From positions 48,858,001 through 48,922,000 of the forward strand of contig NW_024704743.1 in the NCBI RefSeq assembly GCF_018977255.1: a DNA stretch of 64,000 bases. Direction: 5' to 3'. The DNA is from Callorhinchus milii (lineage: Eukaryota). The notes under the pieces were generated by a model. It was not told where the DNA came from. It searched no databases and saw nothing but the letters and a program-made list of their open reading frames with translations. Position 1 is the stretch's first letter. Every line of letters starts with the position of its first letter. A program made the position numbers and the translations under genes. This document shows positions 38,430 through 52,180 of the stretch, in pieces.

Positions 38430-38822
38430 TTTTCTCCACTGGTGCATGCCTCTCTGCTCCTGTCCTGGTGTGGCTGGGATGTGGTTCCACAGATGGTGGT
38501 TGTCTTCAGTAGAGTACCCCCTCAAGTGGCTATTGTTCATGTTGGCAGTGAGTATTGGCAGGGAGTATTGGCAGGGCATTCAGCTTTAGAGGACATCACA
38601 ACTGAGCCTGACCTCTCTCCCCACACCTGCCCCCAAAATAGAGGGTGCGGAATTAGACTAGTCACAGAAATCCTGACTGGTTTCCCCTCTGCTAACTCTG
38701 GTAAAGCTTATCTAGCCATCCCATAATAACTCTTTGGACAGCATACCTAGCATGGACCGGGATTCAAACCAGCAAGCCTGGTACATATGGCACAGCTGTA
38801 TCAACTATACCAACAGAGCTGC
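38430..38822 (-). mobile_element. old tRNA-SINE (AmnSINE2-like, unassigned)
   Basis: The reverse complement has a tRNA-like head (ggtttgaatcccgg) and the body motifs tcaggctcagttgtgatgtcc, aatagccacttg and gtggaacc shared with 520-675 and 55675-55800. Confidence 0.5.
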
Positions 38823-40497
38823 CTGGATTTCTTAATCTTAATATCTCTCAATTAAGAAATCCAAGCGGGGACTCATTCCAGTAACTGGAATTGCACCACA
38901 TATGTCACTCTGGGAATCCCTCTCGAAAAATAAAGCTGGAGCAGTGTTCATGCAAGTTGGCATCAAGGGCTTCCAGATTTCTTAATTAACAAATACCATC
39001 AAATTGACTCCATTGCTATAACATTGCCATTGCACAGGAAGTGTCAAAGTGTAACATGATAGTTGGCTACAATTTTCTATTTAAGTGTATTCTAGATATC
39101 AGCTCAATTAGCAATGTGAAAGAATTTGAAAGAAGAGGAAGTCTTTGGCAAATATCTTCTTTTAGATTGACTGCACAGAAAGGTTCAAAAATACATGATG
39201 GAGGAAACTTTAATTGTAACGTCAAAACTGACATAAAATCAGCAAATCTATGGGGGAACTGATGTTTGAAACCAGCATGAAAGACTCTAGAGGGGGGAAA
39301 AAATCATTGCAAGACATTAGGATGGTAAATGGACCTGTTCCAATAAAGTTACTTCAAAGGAAATACTAAAAAGGATGAAGATTTGGTCTGTGATAACATG
39401 TCTAGTCTGGGAGACTCTCTACTTCATAAAATGTTCACTGTAGTCTCAGATAAAACGGTTTTAAATGCACTCATGACTCAACCATATTCATTACCAGTTA
39501 CATCCTCCAAATCTTCTCTTGATTTTCCCATGGACTTTTCAAAACTGGCCACTGAAATATATAAATATACACATTTATGAAACAAAACCCTGTGTACTGC
39601 AGGCTTGTATCCAATAAACATCTGTTTTTATTTAGTTTCAAAATAACACAATCCCCTTATGTATAATCACAAAGCTGACCTCCAATTTGGAAGAGTACTA
39701 TCATATCCATTTGTTACTCCATAAAATAAATGCAAAATATGTCTGGGATTTTCACATGACATTGATGTTCAGAAAATGTCACCTGAATCTAGAATAGGAG
39801 GAGGCCATTCAGCCCATCGAGCCATTTGCGTTGGTTTATTAGATTAGGGCTGATCTTTCAGCAATTTAATATTTGCTGGTGCACAGCGATGGGGGATGGG
39901 GGGTTGAGGGAGTGGCTAAAAGTCTACAAACTCAATTGACAGATTCAGGTGACGTCACAAGCTGTGAGGGCAAAGGTTCACAATAGGAGAGGAATGAGAA
40001 ATGGTCTTTCAACTCCTTGCAACAGACCATGTGCAGATTACACGGTCACGTGCAGTGTTCACCCCTAGCTTAATCTCAAGAGGGAGGTGAATAATCTTTG
40101 TAGAGATCCTAAAAAGTTTAAACAGTGAAATTTCTCCCTTAGTCCCCAAGGTAATCAGCTCCAAACTGTAGGATATCCATCTAATACCATTATTTACTTT
40201 ATTCAACTCTGACTTGTTACATTCCACAGAAGACATTCCCATGGTTAAGACTGAAACCCACGGGGTTCTTACATTAACTCTCTCTGTCTATCTTCATCTT
40301 TATTATTACTTTCTGTCTTGTTCTTAACCAAATATTCATTCAGTTTCATTTAAAAGGATCAATTAAAACTGCTTTGGCTGCTTTAACAGAAGCCCGTTCC
40401 ACATACCTAAGATCTTTAATCTCCCTTGAGGCTTGCCAATTTTATCCTTGTATCCTTCATTTTTGAGTTTGCGTTCATTTAATATTTAATATTGTTG

Positions 40498-40828
40498 TTT
40501 CCCATAGCATAGTGGTTAATGCACTTCCCTCGCAAACAAGAGGACCCGGGTTTGATTCCTGGGCAGAGGGAAATCTTGGATAAGTGTTTTCACACCACAC
40601 GCTTTTTTCGGTTGTTATTGCATTGGCGGATCACTTTCTGGGGGTAATAATCCCTCTGGAAAAAATGTTGGTCACTTAATCCATGACTGTTTGGGGACAT
40701 TATTGGCTGCTGCATTTCGCCCGTAAAACACACAATCACTACACTTTACAATATAGTCTGTGAAGTGCTTTGAGATGTCACGACAATGTGATAAGGGGCT
40801 AAATCAAATGCAAGGATTATTATTATTT
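40498..40828 (+). mobile_element. young tRNA-Ala SINE, near full-length
   Basis: tagtggttaatgcac..cctcgcaa..ggacccgggtttgattcc through to caaggattattatt. Confidence 0.9.
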
Positions 40829-42024
40829 ATGATGTGACCAAAAAGAGTGTGAGACAAAATGAACAGTAGTCGAAGCTCAGCATCACAGGCCAGAGATCAA
40901 AAGATTTTAAGGATACTTAAAACATACAATACAAATTTACATTTTCACATTTGGAGGACTTCCCAAAATTGCATTTCACCAGAAGATTCAATCTTCCTAT
41001 CCATTTCAAATCTTTATGGTTTATTCCTTCTTCATTTAAAATTAATTGTGCTTTTACAGATTCAACAGCCTTCAGGATTAAGAATACTAGTTGCATTGAA
41101 TCGAGCAGATAGTTTCCCTGATCGTAACATTAACAGCACAGATGGAGGCCATTCTATGCCAGTGCTTCTCACGAGTGTAAGGTTATGGATTTTAGCATAA
41201 ATGAGTTTAGAGACTATTGTTTGCTACAATACTATGGATTCTTCCTGGAGGTGAATAGTTTTTTCCTAGTGAATATAAGTATACAGCCAATTAAGGTCGT
41301 TAAACCATCAGCAAATGTGATGTTGTGAGCCGTAAAGCTTGTATGATGCATTGCCAGATTCTGAAAACAAACACTGAGCGGGGTGTTGGTGGGGGAGGGA
41401 AAGTATCCAACACAACACATCCAAGGAACAATCAATGTGCTTAATTATCATAAGGTCATTTTTTTTGTTAATCAGCATAATTGGCATTTTACAAACCTCA
41501 CGTCGCAATCACATTCACCCTTGAGCAATATTTCCTACGGTTGAATTTATTGTTATATCTTTAGAAATTAGCACATCTTGAGAGAGGTAACAAAGACAAT
41601 GTGCATCTATTGACTAGGATAGAATACTGACTAACATTTAAAATGTAACTTTTTTAAGTGTTAAAGATTTAGTTTTAGACCACAAACTGTTGAAAAAGTG
41701 TGAATTCCTCACTCTCCTCCTCTTGGATTTACATGTTTTTCAGCGAGGCCAGATCTCGAATCAGTAGACGTAGTGATGCTAATCCGGTAAGATTATAACA
41801 TCAACATCATAACTGAATGGGCTGGCAAGAGACAGCACCATCCAGAAACCAGAGGGTATTCAACCCCAACTCCCACTGGACAAAAATGATTGCAATTTCT
41901 ATGTGATTATCACCGGTGAAAATTCTAGTGCCTCTAGCGTCTCACGGCAGCCCTGACTTGGCATTGTCTGTCCACTGCTGGTGATATCAGGCTTCAGTGA
42001 AATGGATAAAATAGACTTAACACC

Positions 42025-42190
42025 CTCTTTCCCCACCACCCTTTCCTCCTCCCGTCACCTCCCATCCCATCCCCATCCCCCTTCACATTGCTCATCCCAT
42101 CCCTTCTTCCCCTCCCCATCTCTGCTCTTCATGCACCCCCACCCCATTATACCATTCTCTGCTCCCACCTCCATCTGCTCCCCACCTTCG
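42025..42190. repeat. C-rich low-complexity tract
   Basis: Repeated ccc/cccc runs separated by a/t. Confidence 0.6.
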
Positions 42191-42757
42191 GCCAGGCAAG
42201 AAAAAATCCTCAGATGTCCTAATGGACACCAGTCTAGAATAATAGACAAAATCAGTTCCGAACATGTGTCTTTAATTTAGAACTAATTCAGCAATCAGGT
42301 TACACTGGAACCTGATTATACAGGTGGAGTTTTAAACATCTGTATACAAATCGTGCACTGCGTGGCTTCCATAACATATCCCACGTAATTCTGTATGTCT
42401 GAGCGCTGGGTGTGCACATTAGCTTTCATCTTCTCTTAATTCAATGTGATTTGAGAATGATGCCAGTAAATCTCCATTGCCGCTTACCCCAGCGGTGGTG
42501 CAGAGACTGTATGATTACTAACATCTGTCCATGTATCTTTTAAAGAATGTGTAATTATACAGTTTATAGTAAGTAACAAATGTCAGTTATGAATAGCTAC
42601 CACAAGGATTAGTTGGCTATAATCCTAAGAATTGAAGATGTCTTTCATACATCTAAGCATTTATTTATATCGTTGTCATCTTTAAAGCTGCAGTGTCCCT
42701 ATTCATGGGCCTAGCCAGGTTATAATTCAAGATATTGAATGACCTGATTGTGTTAAT

Positions 42758-43145
42758 GGAGTCCTGTAGTTTAGTGGTTAGTGCACTTGCCTTGCAAGCA
42801 AGAGGACATGGGTTCAATTCCTGGGCAAGGCGGAGCGTTAGGCAAGTTTCCCTCCTCCACATGCCTCCATTTACCTAGCAGGAAGTAGGAACCCGGTTGT
42901 TAGTCGATTGGCAGATGGCTTTTCCGGGGTAATATTTCCTTAAAAAAAATTAAATAAAACAAATAATAATAATTTGGTCACTCAATCCATGACTGTTTGT
43001 GGGACACTGCTGTACCCAATTGACTGCCATGTTTTGCTCACAAAATATACAATCAATTCACTTTACGGTATGTTCAGTGAAGCGCTTTGAGACGTCTCGA
43101 AGACATGATGAAGCGCTATATCAAATGCAAGGATTATTATTTATT
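42758..43145 (+). mobile_element. young tRNA-Ala SINE, full-length
   Basis: ggagtcctgtag head, ggcaagtttcc..tttacctagcag body, A-rich linker, Deu-type 3' half and (TTA)n tail. Confidence 0.93.
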
Positions 43146-43850
43146 AAATCTATACTAACTAATTGTTCAACTGCAGTGTAATCGAATAGATCCTGGTTGT
43201 TTACAATTTTGTTTCCAAAGATTTTTTTTGCATAAAATATTTTAGACATTTCAATTCTGTGACGTGAGAGAAAAATAATATTCACACTTTAAGGAAGGTT
43301 TTATTATGATGCTATTTGAGAGAAATTGCATTCCCAATTTACAAGCTCAGAAAACAATCAACCGATAACAGATAAGTTTTACAGAATTACATCAAAATAT
43401 CTTCACCTTCGCTGAAGAAGATGTAAATACTAAAATTTCCTCTTATGGAATCTATATAAAAGGAAAACAATACCTGTAGTTTGATTCTTATGTGATAATT
43501 ACTGGATTAGAACCATAGAAAAACTCAGAAATAGAAATTTAAAACACAGTAAGCAATTTGGCCTATCTTGTCCGTGGTGACTCTTTCAAAGTGCAATCCT
43601 TCCAGTCTCATTTATCCGCCCTTTCCCCATAGCCTGTAGTTTAATCATCTTTAAATATCTATTCAACTGCAAATCCTGGCAGGGCATTCCATATCCTAAC
43701 CATTCTGTGTGAAATAAGAATTCTCCCAACCTTACCATTTGCTAGCTATCTTAAATTGCTATCTAGTCACTGACTCACATTTGAAAGCTGCTTTTGGTTA
43801 ACTCAACCTGGCCACATTTACACAATTTCTTTAACCAACCTGGACTTTCT

Positions 43851-44055
43851 TGGTCAGCTGAGTATCTGGCGCATAAAGAAACTCACCGGTCTGCATAAGA
43901 GTATCCAAACTCAATTCCTGAGAGTTTGACATATGTATGGAAATTTCTGTTTGTGTGGGTTGGAATGTTCCCTCTTTCTCCAGAGGGACACTCTTTGCCT
44001 ACCCAATTTTGGACAGTTCAGGCACAGGTTGGAACGTGCCAAGATATGGAGACTG
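43851..44055 (+). repeat. unassigned ~200-bp repeat copy (more diverged)
   Basis: ttggtcagctgagtatctg..gaaactcacc..taagagtatccaaact..atggaaattt..ttggaatg..gccaagat. Confidence 0.7.
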
Positions 44056-47000
44056 CTCGAGTGTACTGTTGGAGTCCAACTAAAACTGCACAACTTGCCA
44101 TTTCATACACTGACTGCCAAGCTTCCTCCTGCTTTTCCAGCTAGCACCAGCTTATTAAGGCTTTGACGCACAGGGTTAACAGAGCCAAGTGAGAAGAATA
44201 CCTGATCCCAATGACTGGTGTCCTCTTCCAAGCCTTACTAATGAACCAGATCTGTCATCAGCAGTGCCATGAAGTACTGTGGATCAGCCTGTCAGGAACT
44301 ACCGAAACCATCATAGAGGGTTGACTTTATTCTGATCTACCATTGCTATGAATGTCACTATGAAACTAACTTATCTCCAAATGCCAAATTACCGCAGCTG
44401 CCTGCCCGCTCCCCCACCCTCCCCCACAATGCACAGAGGATTATCAAGCTGAACAGTTGTGAACATTTCCTCAGTCTTAGTGTCACTGTTCAGTAGTATA
44501 TGGTGTTCTGTTCAGTGTGAGAGAAGGTTAGCAAGGTCATTTTAATTAAGTTTTAAATGAGATACAAGAAGCAGAATTACTGTCCAGTTAATCCACTGAG
44601 TTTCCCTTGATATTGAGCAAACCCAAGCTCATTAAATCCTAGAATTGCAATCACCTGTTAACCCTCCTCTTGTCTCCAACTTCTACCCACAATATATGCC
44701 TGGCTCCCGGTCTCTGAACAGTGAGGCAGGTAGGCCCAGAGTTTGAGTTCCATCAAGGATAAGCCCTCAATGACCTGTCCCAATCTCTGAGCCCTATATG
44801 AGAGCAAAAACAGCCTGCACTGTTTGCTACTAATGGAATCAGCGTGGTTTCACTCTTCAAAGCTTTGCATTGTTAATGTGTAGGTCTGCTTCAGTAGGCA
44901 ACTGCTGGTACAGTGCTGACATCAGAGGCTGTAAGATAATTTACAGTGCTCTAGCACTAACATGGGGATGATTTTCACAAGCTGCCAGACTGCAGAATGT
45001 TACGGCATAAACCAGATGTGAATGCAGACCCTGCAAATGGAGATTTGTGGAGGGTAATTTGCAGAATATGATGTGATAATTCTACCTGTGTTTAGCCCCA
45101 AGCCAGCGGTTAAACACAAGACAAAAATGGACAAAGCTTCTGTCCTTGTGAGAATTATTGCTGGGGTTATTATGACATTACATTAAATTCTCAAATATTG
45201 CAAATTCATATTGATGGTCATACCGTTGATGGAGATGGTGTGCATGCATGTGAGAGCATGAGTGACAGGACGTGTGAGAAACAGCAGAGCCGATCATTGC
45301 ACACAGAATCCTGCAGATACTTGTCCAGCACAGAGGATGCGCTTACCTTGACATGTCAGAGGGACATTGCCTCATTTACTCAGGCTAACAATGGAGCAAC
45401 TACAGGATTGAGCAAAAATCCTTCAGACTAGGTTTCATCACTCGTCCATCACCATCTGTGGCTGTCATTGTAACTTTAGCTTTCAACTTTTACCCATCTG
45501 GAAGCTTTCAGGCCTCCGTGGGAGATACCTTTGGGGTCTGCCAGGTCTGCGTTTTGAACATTACCAGTAAAGTGACAGAATCTATTTTCCCGAAAGGCTT
45601 CACGTTTTACAGTGTTTGACAACAGTAGGGAGTAGCAGCTGCTCAGATGGTTGCACTTCTCACCAATCTCAGAGCTTCTGGCAGTGCAGTATATCACTGA
45701 CCATATTCATGTGGCTAGGAGGGGTCTATGAGAAAGCCACTGTTACATTACCACCTGTGAATGTTGAAAAATGCAGTCAGTGGATATTTTAGTTTATCCA
45801 CAGGTGTGACCCCCTCCTCCCCCAACATCGCCACAATGGATGGAGCAACGCTGGCTTGTGGAGTGTGGCGTTTGAGCAAACTAACTGCAAAACATCAATC
45901 AAGCTGGCATCCCACAAACCAGCACTACAATACTCCAGGAGTTGCCTTGTCTGTCCAATGTGTGTTGTGACCAGCTTAGGACTCAATAATTGTGACACGG
46001 GGAAGAGGGGAGGAGGAGGAGCAAAACAGTTAATAAAGTAAGATATTTGTTAACCATATGTAAATACTTTACAGGTCATAACTTTAACTGTATTATTTCA
46101 CTCCATCAGTGCAAAAGTAAATTGTGATCCAGAACACTGCTGTAGATGTAGTTGCTGGTGCCACACTCTCACTGGCCCTCTGCAAGGCAGATGCCTCACT
46201 CTGCTGACCATCCTTATGATGGAGATGGTAACGGTACCCTCTATGAGAAAGCATTGTTACATTATGACCTGTGACTGTTGAAAAACACAGCCAGTAGATA
46301 TCTTAATTAATGTGTGAGATAAAACCCTTTTTCCCTGGAGCTATCTCAGCAGCTTTCACTGGTTGGTGAGTCAGTGATTAGACAGCAACAATTTAAGATA
46401 GTTACCAAAGAAGCAAAGGGGGAGATTGGGAGTTGGACTGATTTTCTGTGTTGTAAAGTTCTATGGTTTTCTGCAGCCCCTCCGTAGCTTAACCCCATCC
46501 CTAACATCTCCTCACTCCATGTATGTTCTGAACCATAAATATTGTAATCATTTGATTTTATTAGGTTATCTGTATTTTTAATCAGAAAAACATGTTTTGT
46601 TTAATTGTTATTTGCCATTCGCTCTCATTCACAGGACACATACAATGCCATTATATAGAGATGCTTGTATCTAGAGTTTGTTTACTCAAAATAAAGGCTC
46701 ATTTCATTCTAAAACTATAATATTGTAAGAACAGGGACATACAGAGGTGAGAGCAGACCTCAGTGCAGCACAGACATTAAAGCTGGGGCCAGATACCAAC
46801 ATTGTACTGCAGTAGTAGAGATGTTCTGGTCTGCACAATCTGTTTTGCTGACTGGACCTGAAAGGAAGGAGGTATCAAAGAGACGATGCAAGAACGTAAA
46901 ACCAGACAAAAAAATTTAAATGAACCGTATAATTTATTTAAAAATCTTATAAACTGTGTTTAGAATTTAAGAAAATCTTCCTCTCAGTCTTTTACATTAT

Positions 47001-47437
47001 TATTTTGTGAATAAAAGGAAATATACTAGCTGACTCCATGGTATGATCTCTATCCAGATCTATATCCAGAGTGGATTTGTTTGAACAGTTTCCAATTGAT
47101 GCCATCACTTTTGTACCCAGATATTAGCTTGTCCTGTTGGACAAATATATGAAGCACATGACCAACCCGTTTTCTATTTATGTCATGGATATAAGCATAA
47201 CATATCTTTTGAAAATCAAATAAGATGATAAGAATCAACGAGCAGATAATAACAATATTTAATACTTAAACTCACAGCTGGAAAAGCATGGTTTCTTTTG
47301 TATCATCACGGGTTTGCTTTGGAAACGAGGGTTGTAGTTGAAACAAGTAGCACAAACTTGCCTGCCCATAAATAGAGTGAAACTAATGCACTGGTTGTGC
47401 TGTATGATGTGTGCTGTCGGATGGCTGCACAATGCAA

Positions 47438-47804
47438 CTCATGTATTAGTTAGACCACTCGCCTCGCAAGCGAGAGAACTTGGGTTCCATTCCCAGGCAG
47501 GGTAAAACCTTAGGCAAGTTTTCTTACTCCACACGTCTTTGTTTATCTAGCAGTAATTAGGAACCCGGTTGTTACTCGATTGGCTGGGGTAATAATCCCT
47601 TCAAAAAAAATAAATTAAGAAAAAAATAATTATAATTTGGTCACTCAATCCACGAGTGTTTGTGAGTCACTGCTGTGTGCAATTGACTGCTGTGTTTTGC
47701 CCACAAAACATACAGTCAATTCACTTTACAGTATATTCTATGAAGTGCTTTGAGACGTCTTGACGATGTGATAAGGCGCTATATCAAATGCAAGGATTAT
47801 TATT
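47438..47804 (+). mobile_element. young tRNA-Ala SINE, near full-length
   Basis: cactcgcctcgcaagcgagag...aggaacccggttgtt...aaggcgctatatcaaatgcaaggattattatt. Confidence 0.93.
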
Positions 47805-50595
47805 GTAATGGTATCAACCTATAAACATCAGTTGTATAATAAAACATACTGGCTGCTGAATTGGACCTTTTGGTCCTACAGAAGGGACACGGGTTGAAAA
47901 AGCTCTCCTCAGGATTTTTATAATGTAATTGGTGCTTCATTGCCAGAAAAAGTGCTTCACATTATGAACTGTATTTTCACAGTGCCTCACAGTGTAAACT
48001 GCAAGGTGGGAGGGAGCCAAGATTTTGCAAGACACCATCACATACTGGGTGTTTCCTCTAGTGGGGGTTACATCCCAAGGTGCTATTTTCAGCAGAGGCA
48101 CCAGTTACACTGCATCTTTCTTGGGGTAGAGCTTTTTCAACTTCTATATCCCTTCTGTAGGAGTCAATAGGATAGATTTAGCAGTTACTCCTTTTTACTA
48201 TATACCTAGAATTTCTAACAGCTGGATTTCAGTAATGCTACTGATTTCCCGAGGAGAGTTTCTTCAACCCCAATTTGGTGACATGTACATAGCTCAGGCA
48301 CCAGTTCTTTCACCATATGGCTTATGTTTATTCAATGGGATCAATTGCATAAAGGGATCATATTTACCTGCTACAAGGACATTCCTATTAAGAGGCTTTT
48401 ACTCTACTCTTATTGCATATCTTGTGTCCACCAGCTCTATTTAGCTTTTACTTCAACCCATTTGTTACAGCTGCCTTTCCATCGAGGAAGCATTTTGTAC
48501 TCTTTATTAAACATAATCTCATGCAATTATCAGGAGATAAGTGGACTGCTTGCTAGATTTGGTCATGCTCCTACATTCTTCATAAAATGGTTTGCCTGAT
48601 CTTAATCCTATAATGCTTGATTTTTATCAGTCATTCATATTTTCCTGGCACCGGTTCCATTTCTGTGGATTCTGTGCAACATCTGGAACATCTGTGTCAC
48701 CTGGTACCAATTATGGCTGGAGGAAGTTGTGGCAGACAAGAAGATTTTTGACGCTTATGTTGGTCACACAGTCAGTTCCCAGTAAAAATGTTTTACATGT
48801 AATGACCTGTGACAGGATCCATAGGGTTTCCTTTGGCGATGAAAAAATTGCTCTCACAGGTGATTGAAAGAGTGTTATTACAATAAACACAATGGGTCAT
48901 AGGAAAGAGGTTTAAACCAGACAGTTGCAGCATGGAGAATTGCTTTCAACTGCATTTGGGGCTCTTATTTAATGCAGTGCTTGGTCTGGGTCTTGGGTCA
49001 TGGTGAATGTCATCTGTGGAGGTTAGTTGGACTAAGTTGAACAGATTGGGATGAATAGATACTTGTGCGATTTTTCTTAATTGTCTTTGCTGATCACAGA
49101 CTAACTGCAGAAACATTTGCTGAGCTCAGTGGTATAAGTGAAACAGTTGAACTTGTTCCGCATTGCTCCAGTATCAATGTTGGTTCTTGAATACACTTGG
49201 TCACCAAAGTGACCAAAGTTTCTAGAGTTTCTAGAGTTGCTCTAAGCTTCTAGAGCAAAAACATTTGTAGTGAGTGAAACAATAGTATGAGTGAACGAGA
49301 TGGAATGTATGACAGGCTAGTTTTATGTGGTGAGTTTTAAGACAGTAGTTTGACAGGCTCTATGGCCTTTTCAAGTTCCATGTTTTATTATTTTTTTGAA
49401 TAAAAAAAGTGTGAAAAAAGAATTAATAAACTAAACAGAGCCTGAGTAAACTGAGGTGGGAATGCTTCAGGGAATATTTTAAGCTGTCCTTTTGGCTGAC
49501 GGCTCTTGATCCCTGCTCCTCAATACTGGGGATGTGCTGGAGTATTTTCCCTTTGTAAGTGTGGTAGGTGTCTTATTAAATCATAGTGTTTGATAGAAAT
49601 AAATTTGCTACAATAAAACTTTATATACTTGCTTTACCACAACTGCTTCCACATGTCTTTCAGTATTGCATCTCCATTATAGAAGCACAGCTACACACTT
49701 CATTATAACTACTGAGGTGTTCAAATATTTCCCCAAAATTTATGACTGTAGAAATAAATAGAAATTACTTCATTGTTTGAAGCCACACAAATGCAGTACA
49801 ATTTTAAAAAAAGTATAAAATATATTTTTCATATGTTAATTTGGATCTCATGTATTTAAAATGTTTTGGCAATAATAAAATTCCTCGCAATTTGTTACAG
49901 TGCCTTTTTCATCAGAAGGACGTCTCAAAATGCTTCACAGGATAATTTAATTTAATGGTAATTTGATGATTGCAATATCCTATCAAGCCGTGCAGGTATA
50001 ATCAAAGAGATTGACAGACCCCATCTCTGTGATTTCTCCGTAAGAGTTCTCTGTTTATTTCCACGCCCCTGCTTTTTTCACATGCCCTAATTTCTCCTAT
50101 TGTAATCCAATTTTTTCTTCCAAATAAAGAGGAGTCGCATGCCGCAACACATCCTTCTTATGTCAAGAAGACAGTAAAGTCCGATGTGTCAATTTTTCCA
50201 AAATGTGAGGAATCCACAAAATAAAGTGATGTAATTTTTTCCCCTCCTTGCCACAGTGATTGCTGTGCAAAAATTTGGCTGTTGCGTTTGCTCACAAAGT
50301 ACACACAATCACACCACCTTCTAGTATATTCTGTTAAGCGATTCAACGACATGATAATGCGCAATATCAAATGCCAGGATTATTATTTATGGAGTTTCTC
50401 ATTCCATTCTCGCTCGCCATCTACTGGGCTAGGTGAGTACTGCGAAAATTCACACAAAGGAAGACATTTTAGGCTGCTGTTTCTCTTCAGCAAGGTGATG
50501 GGTTTCTGCGTGTGACTGATCAAAAAATAAAATGCTGCTGATGCACTGTAAGAATTATAGCACATGTCGAAATTCGTTTGGAATTTGTGGTGACT

Positions 50596-50816
50596 CTCAG
50601 GGTACTCAGGGGCAGGGCATACATGATTGGGATGCACAGGGTCAGGATGCACAGGGTCAGGGTGCACAAGGTAAGAAAGCGCAGGGATGCAGTGCCTTAA
50701 GTGCCCTGGATCAGAGCACATTAGCTTAATGTGTATTAGATCAGGATGCACTAGGTTAAGATGCACAGGGTCAAGGAGCATTAGCTCAGGCTGATAGGAT
50801 CAGGGTACACAGGGCC
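50596..50816. repeat. degenerate 15-bp minisatellite (GGATGCACAGGGTCA)
   Basis: Near-perfect units at 50630-50670, decaying on both sides. It generates the QGQDA and HPDPV repeat ORFs. Confidence 0.85.
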
Positions 50817-51447
50817 AATTCTGGCTTTTAGATGAATCCATAGTGCTCACTATCAAAACCCCAAATGCTAGCATATTTGTCTGAGTCTACTATATAACCC
50901 CAATCTGGCTCTCCCTCTCCTCCTCCCGGTCTGAAGCAGTGTTTGGCACTAATTCCAGAGAAATCAATACCTCCTGATATTGCCCTCCCAGGGTGGTGCT
51001 GAATTCACACTCAATTCGTTGCGAGCCTGGGCTCAAATTGCTGGTATAATGCCCACAGCACTAGTGTGATGGACATCCCCAGTTGTCCAATACAAACCAG
51101 ATTGGCTGTCAAACAGTCAAGTGCTTCAGTTGCTGTGCCCCAGGCAGCTCAAACCTTGTTTAATAACTGAATTTGCTGTCAGTGACTTTCATTTTCCTGA
51201 ACTGCTGGATTTTCAGAGAAGTTTTGATATCCTTTGAACAAGTGTGTGTTTCAATAATGCAACATTTTCTTATCAGAACTCCTGTTGCCAAAACAACAAA
51301 ATACAACAACAAAATAACATTGTATAGTGCCTTTCACGTCAGGAGGACGTAACAGCCCTGTTGAGCTCGAGTGAGGTGAGCATTGCAATGCTTAGTCAGT
51401 CCTGAGGAACATAGTCTTCAAACACATGCCATCTGAATACCTAAATT

Positions 51448-51570
51448 AATAATAATAATAATGATCCTTGCATTTGATATAGTACCTTATCACGTCTTTG
51501 AGACATTTCAAAGTGCTTTAGAGTATACTGTAAAGGGAATGGATTGTACACTTTCTGGGTGAAACATTTG
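51448..51570 (-). mobile_element. young SINE 3' fragment
   Basis: aataataat..atccttgcatttgatatag..tgagacatttcaaagtgctt. Confidence 0.85.
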
Positions 51571-51679
51571 CCTTGTCAGAACTTATTATGGAAAGGAATG
51601 TGAGTATATTTTGCTTTTATTCTTGCCTACTTGGTCTTCCAGTTTTCTCCACCTCCCTTGATTTGATTCTTTCTAGTTT

Positions 51680-51890
51680 TTTTTGGTCAGTCGGGTGTCT
51701 GACACATACAGAAACCAGTCACCATGCTTAAGAGTATCCAAACTAAACTGAAATTCCATGCATCCTGCATGGAAATTTCAGAGATAGATTGTTGGAATGG
51801 CATGTGAACTCTCTCCCTGGAGGGAGGGATCCTGCTTACCTAATTCCGGAAAATATTAGATGCAAGTGGGCAGGAGCCAAGATTTGGGGA
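51680..51890 (+). repeat. unassigned ~200-bp repeat copy
   Basis: Aligns end to end with 24575-24780. Confidence 0.8.
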
Positions 51891-51914
51891 CCCAACTGTG
51901 TCTGTCAGGACAGC

Positions 51915-52180
51915 ACTAACAAGTATTACACAAACAGCCCACAGATGAATGACTAATCCTCTGTTTTCTTCGTAAATTTAGCTGAGGGCTGAAAATGGCC
52001 ATGGCAGGTCTTTTCTTATAAGTAGGGTTATGACAAAAACTTAGTTTAACATCCCATCTGAAGGATGACACTTCCAACAGTGTAACACTACTGAACTGCA
52101 GTGTTAGCCTAGATATGGAGCTCAAATCTCAATATGGGCCCGGCTAGTCTCTGACCAGGAGGCAAGAGCCAGACTAACAC
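51915..52180 (-). mobile_element. older DeuSINE
   Basis: gtttaacatcccatctgaaggatgacacttccaacagtg...gtgttagcctagat is the reverse complement of the Deu 5' region. Confidence 0.7.

Noticed and set aside
50383..50781. HPDPV / QGQDA repeat ORFs
   Set aside because: A by-product of the 15-bp minisatellite.
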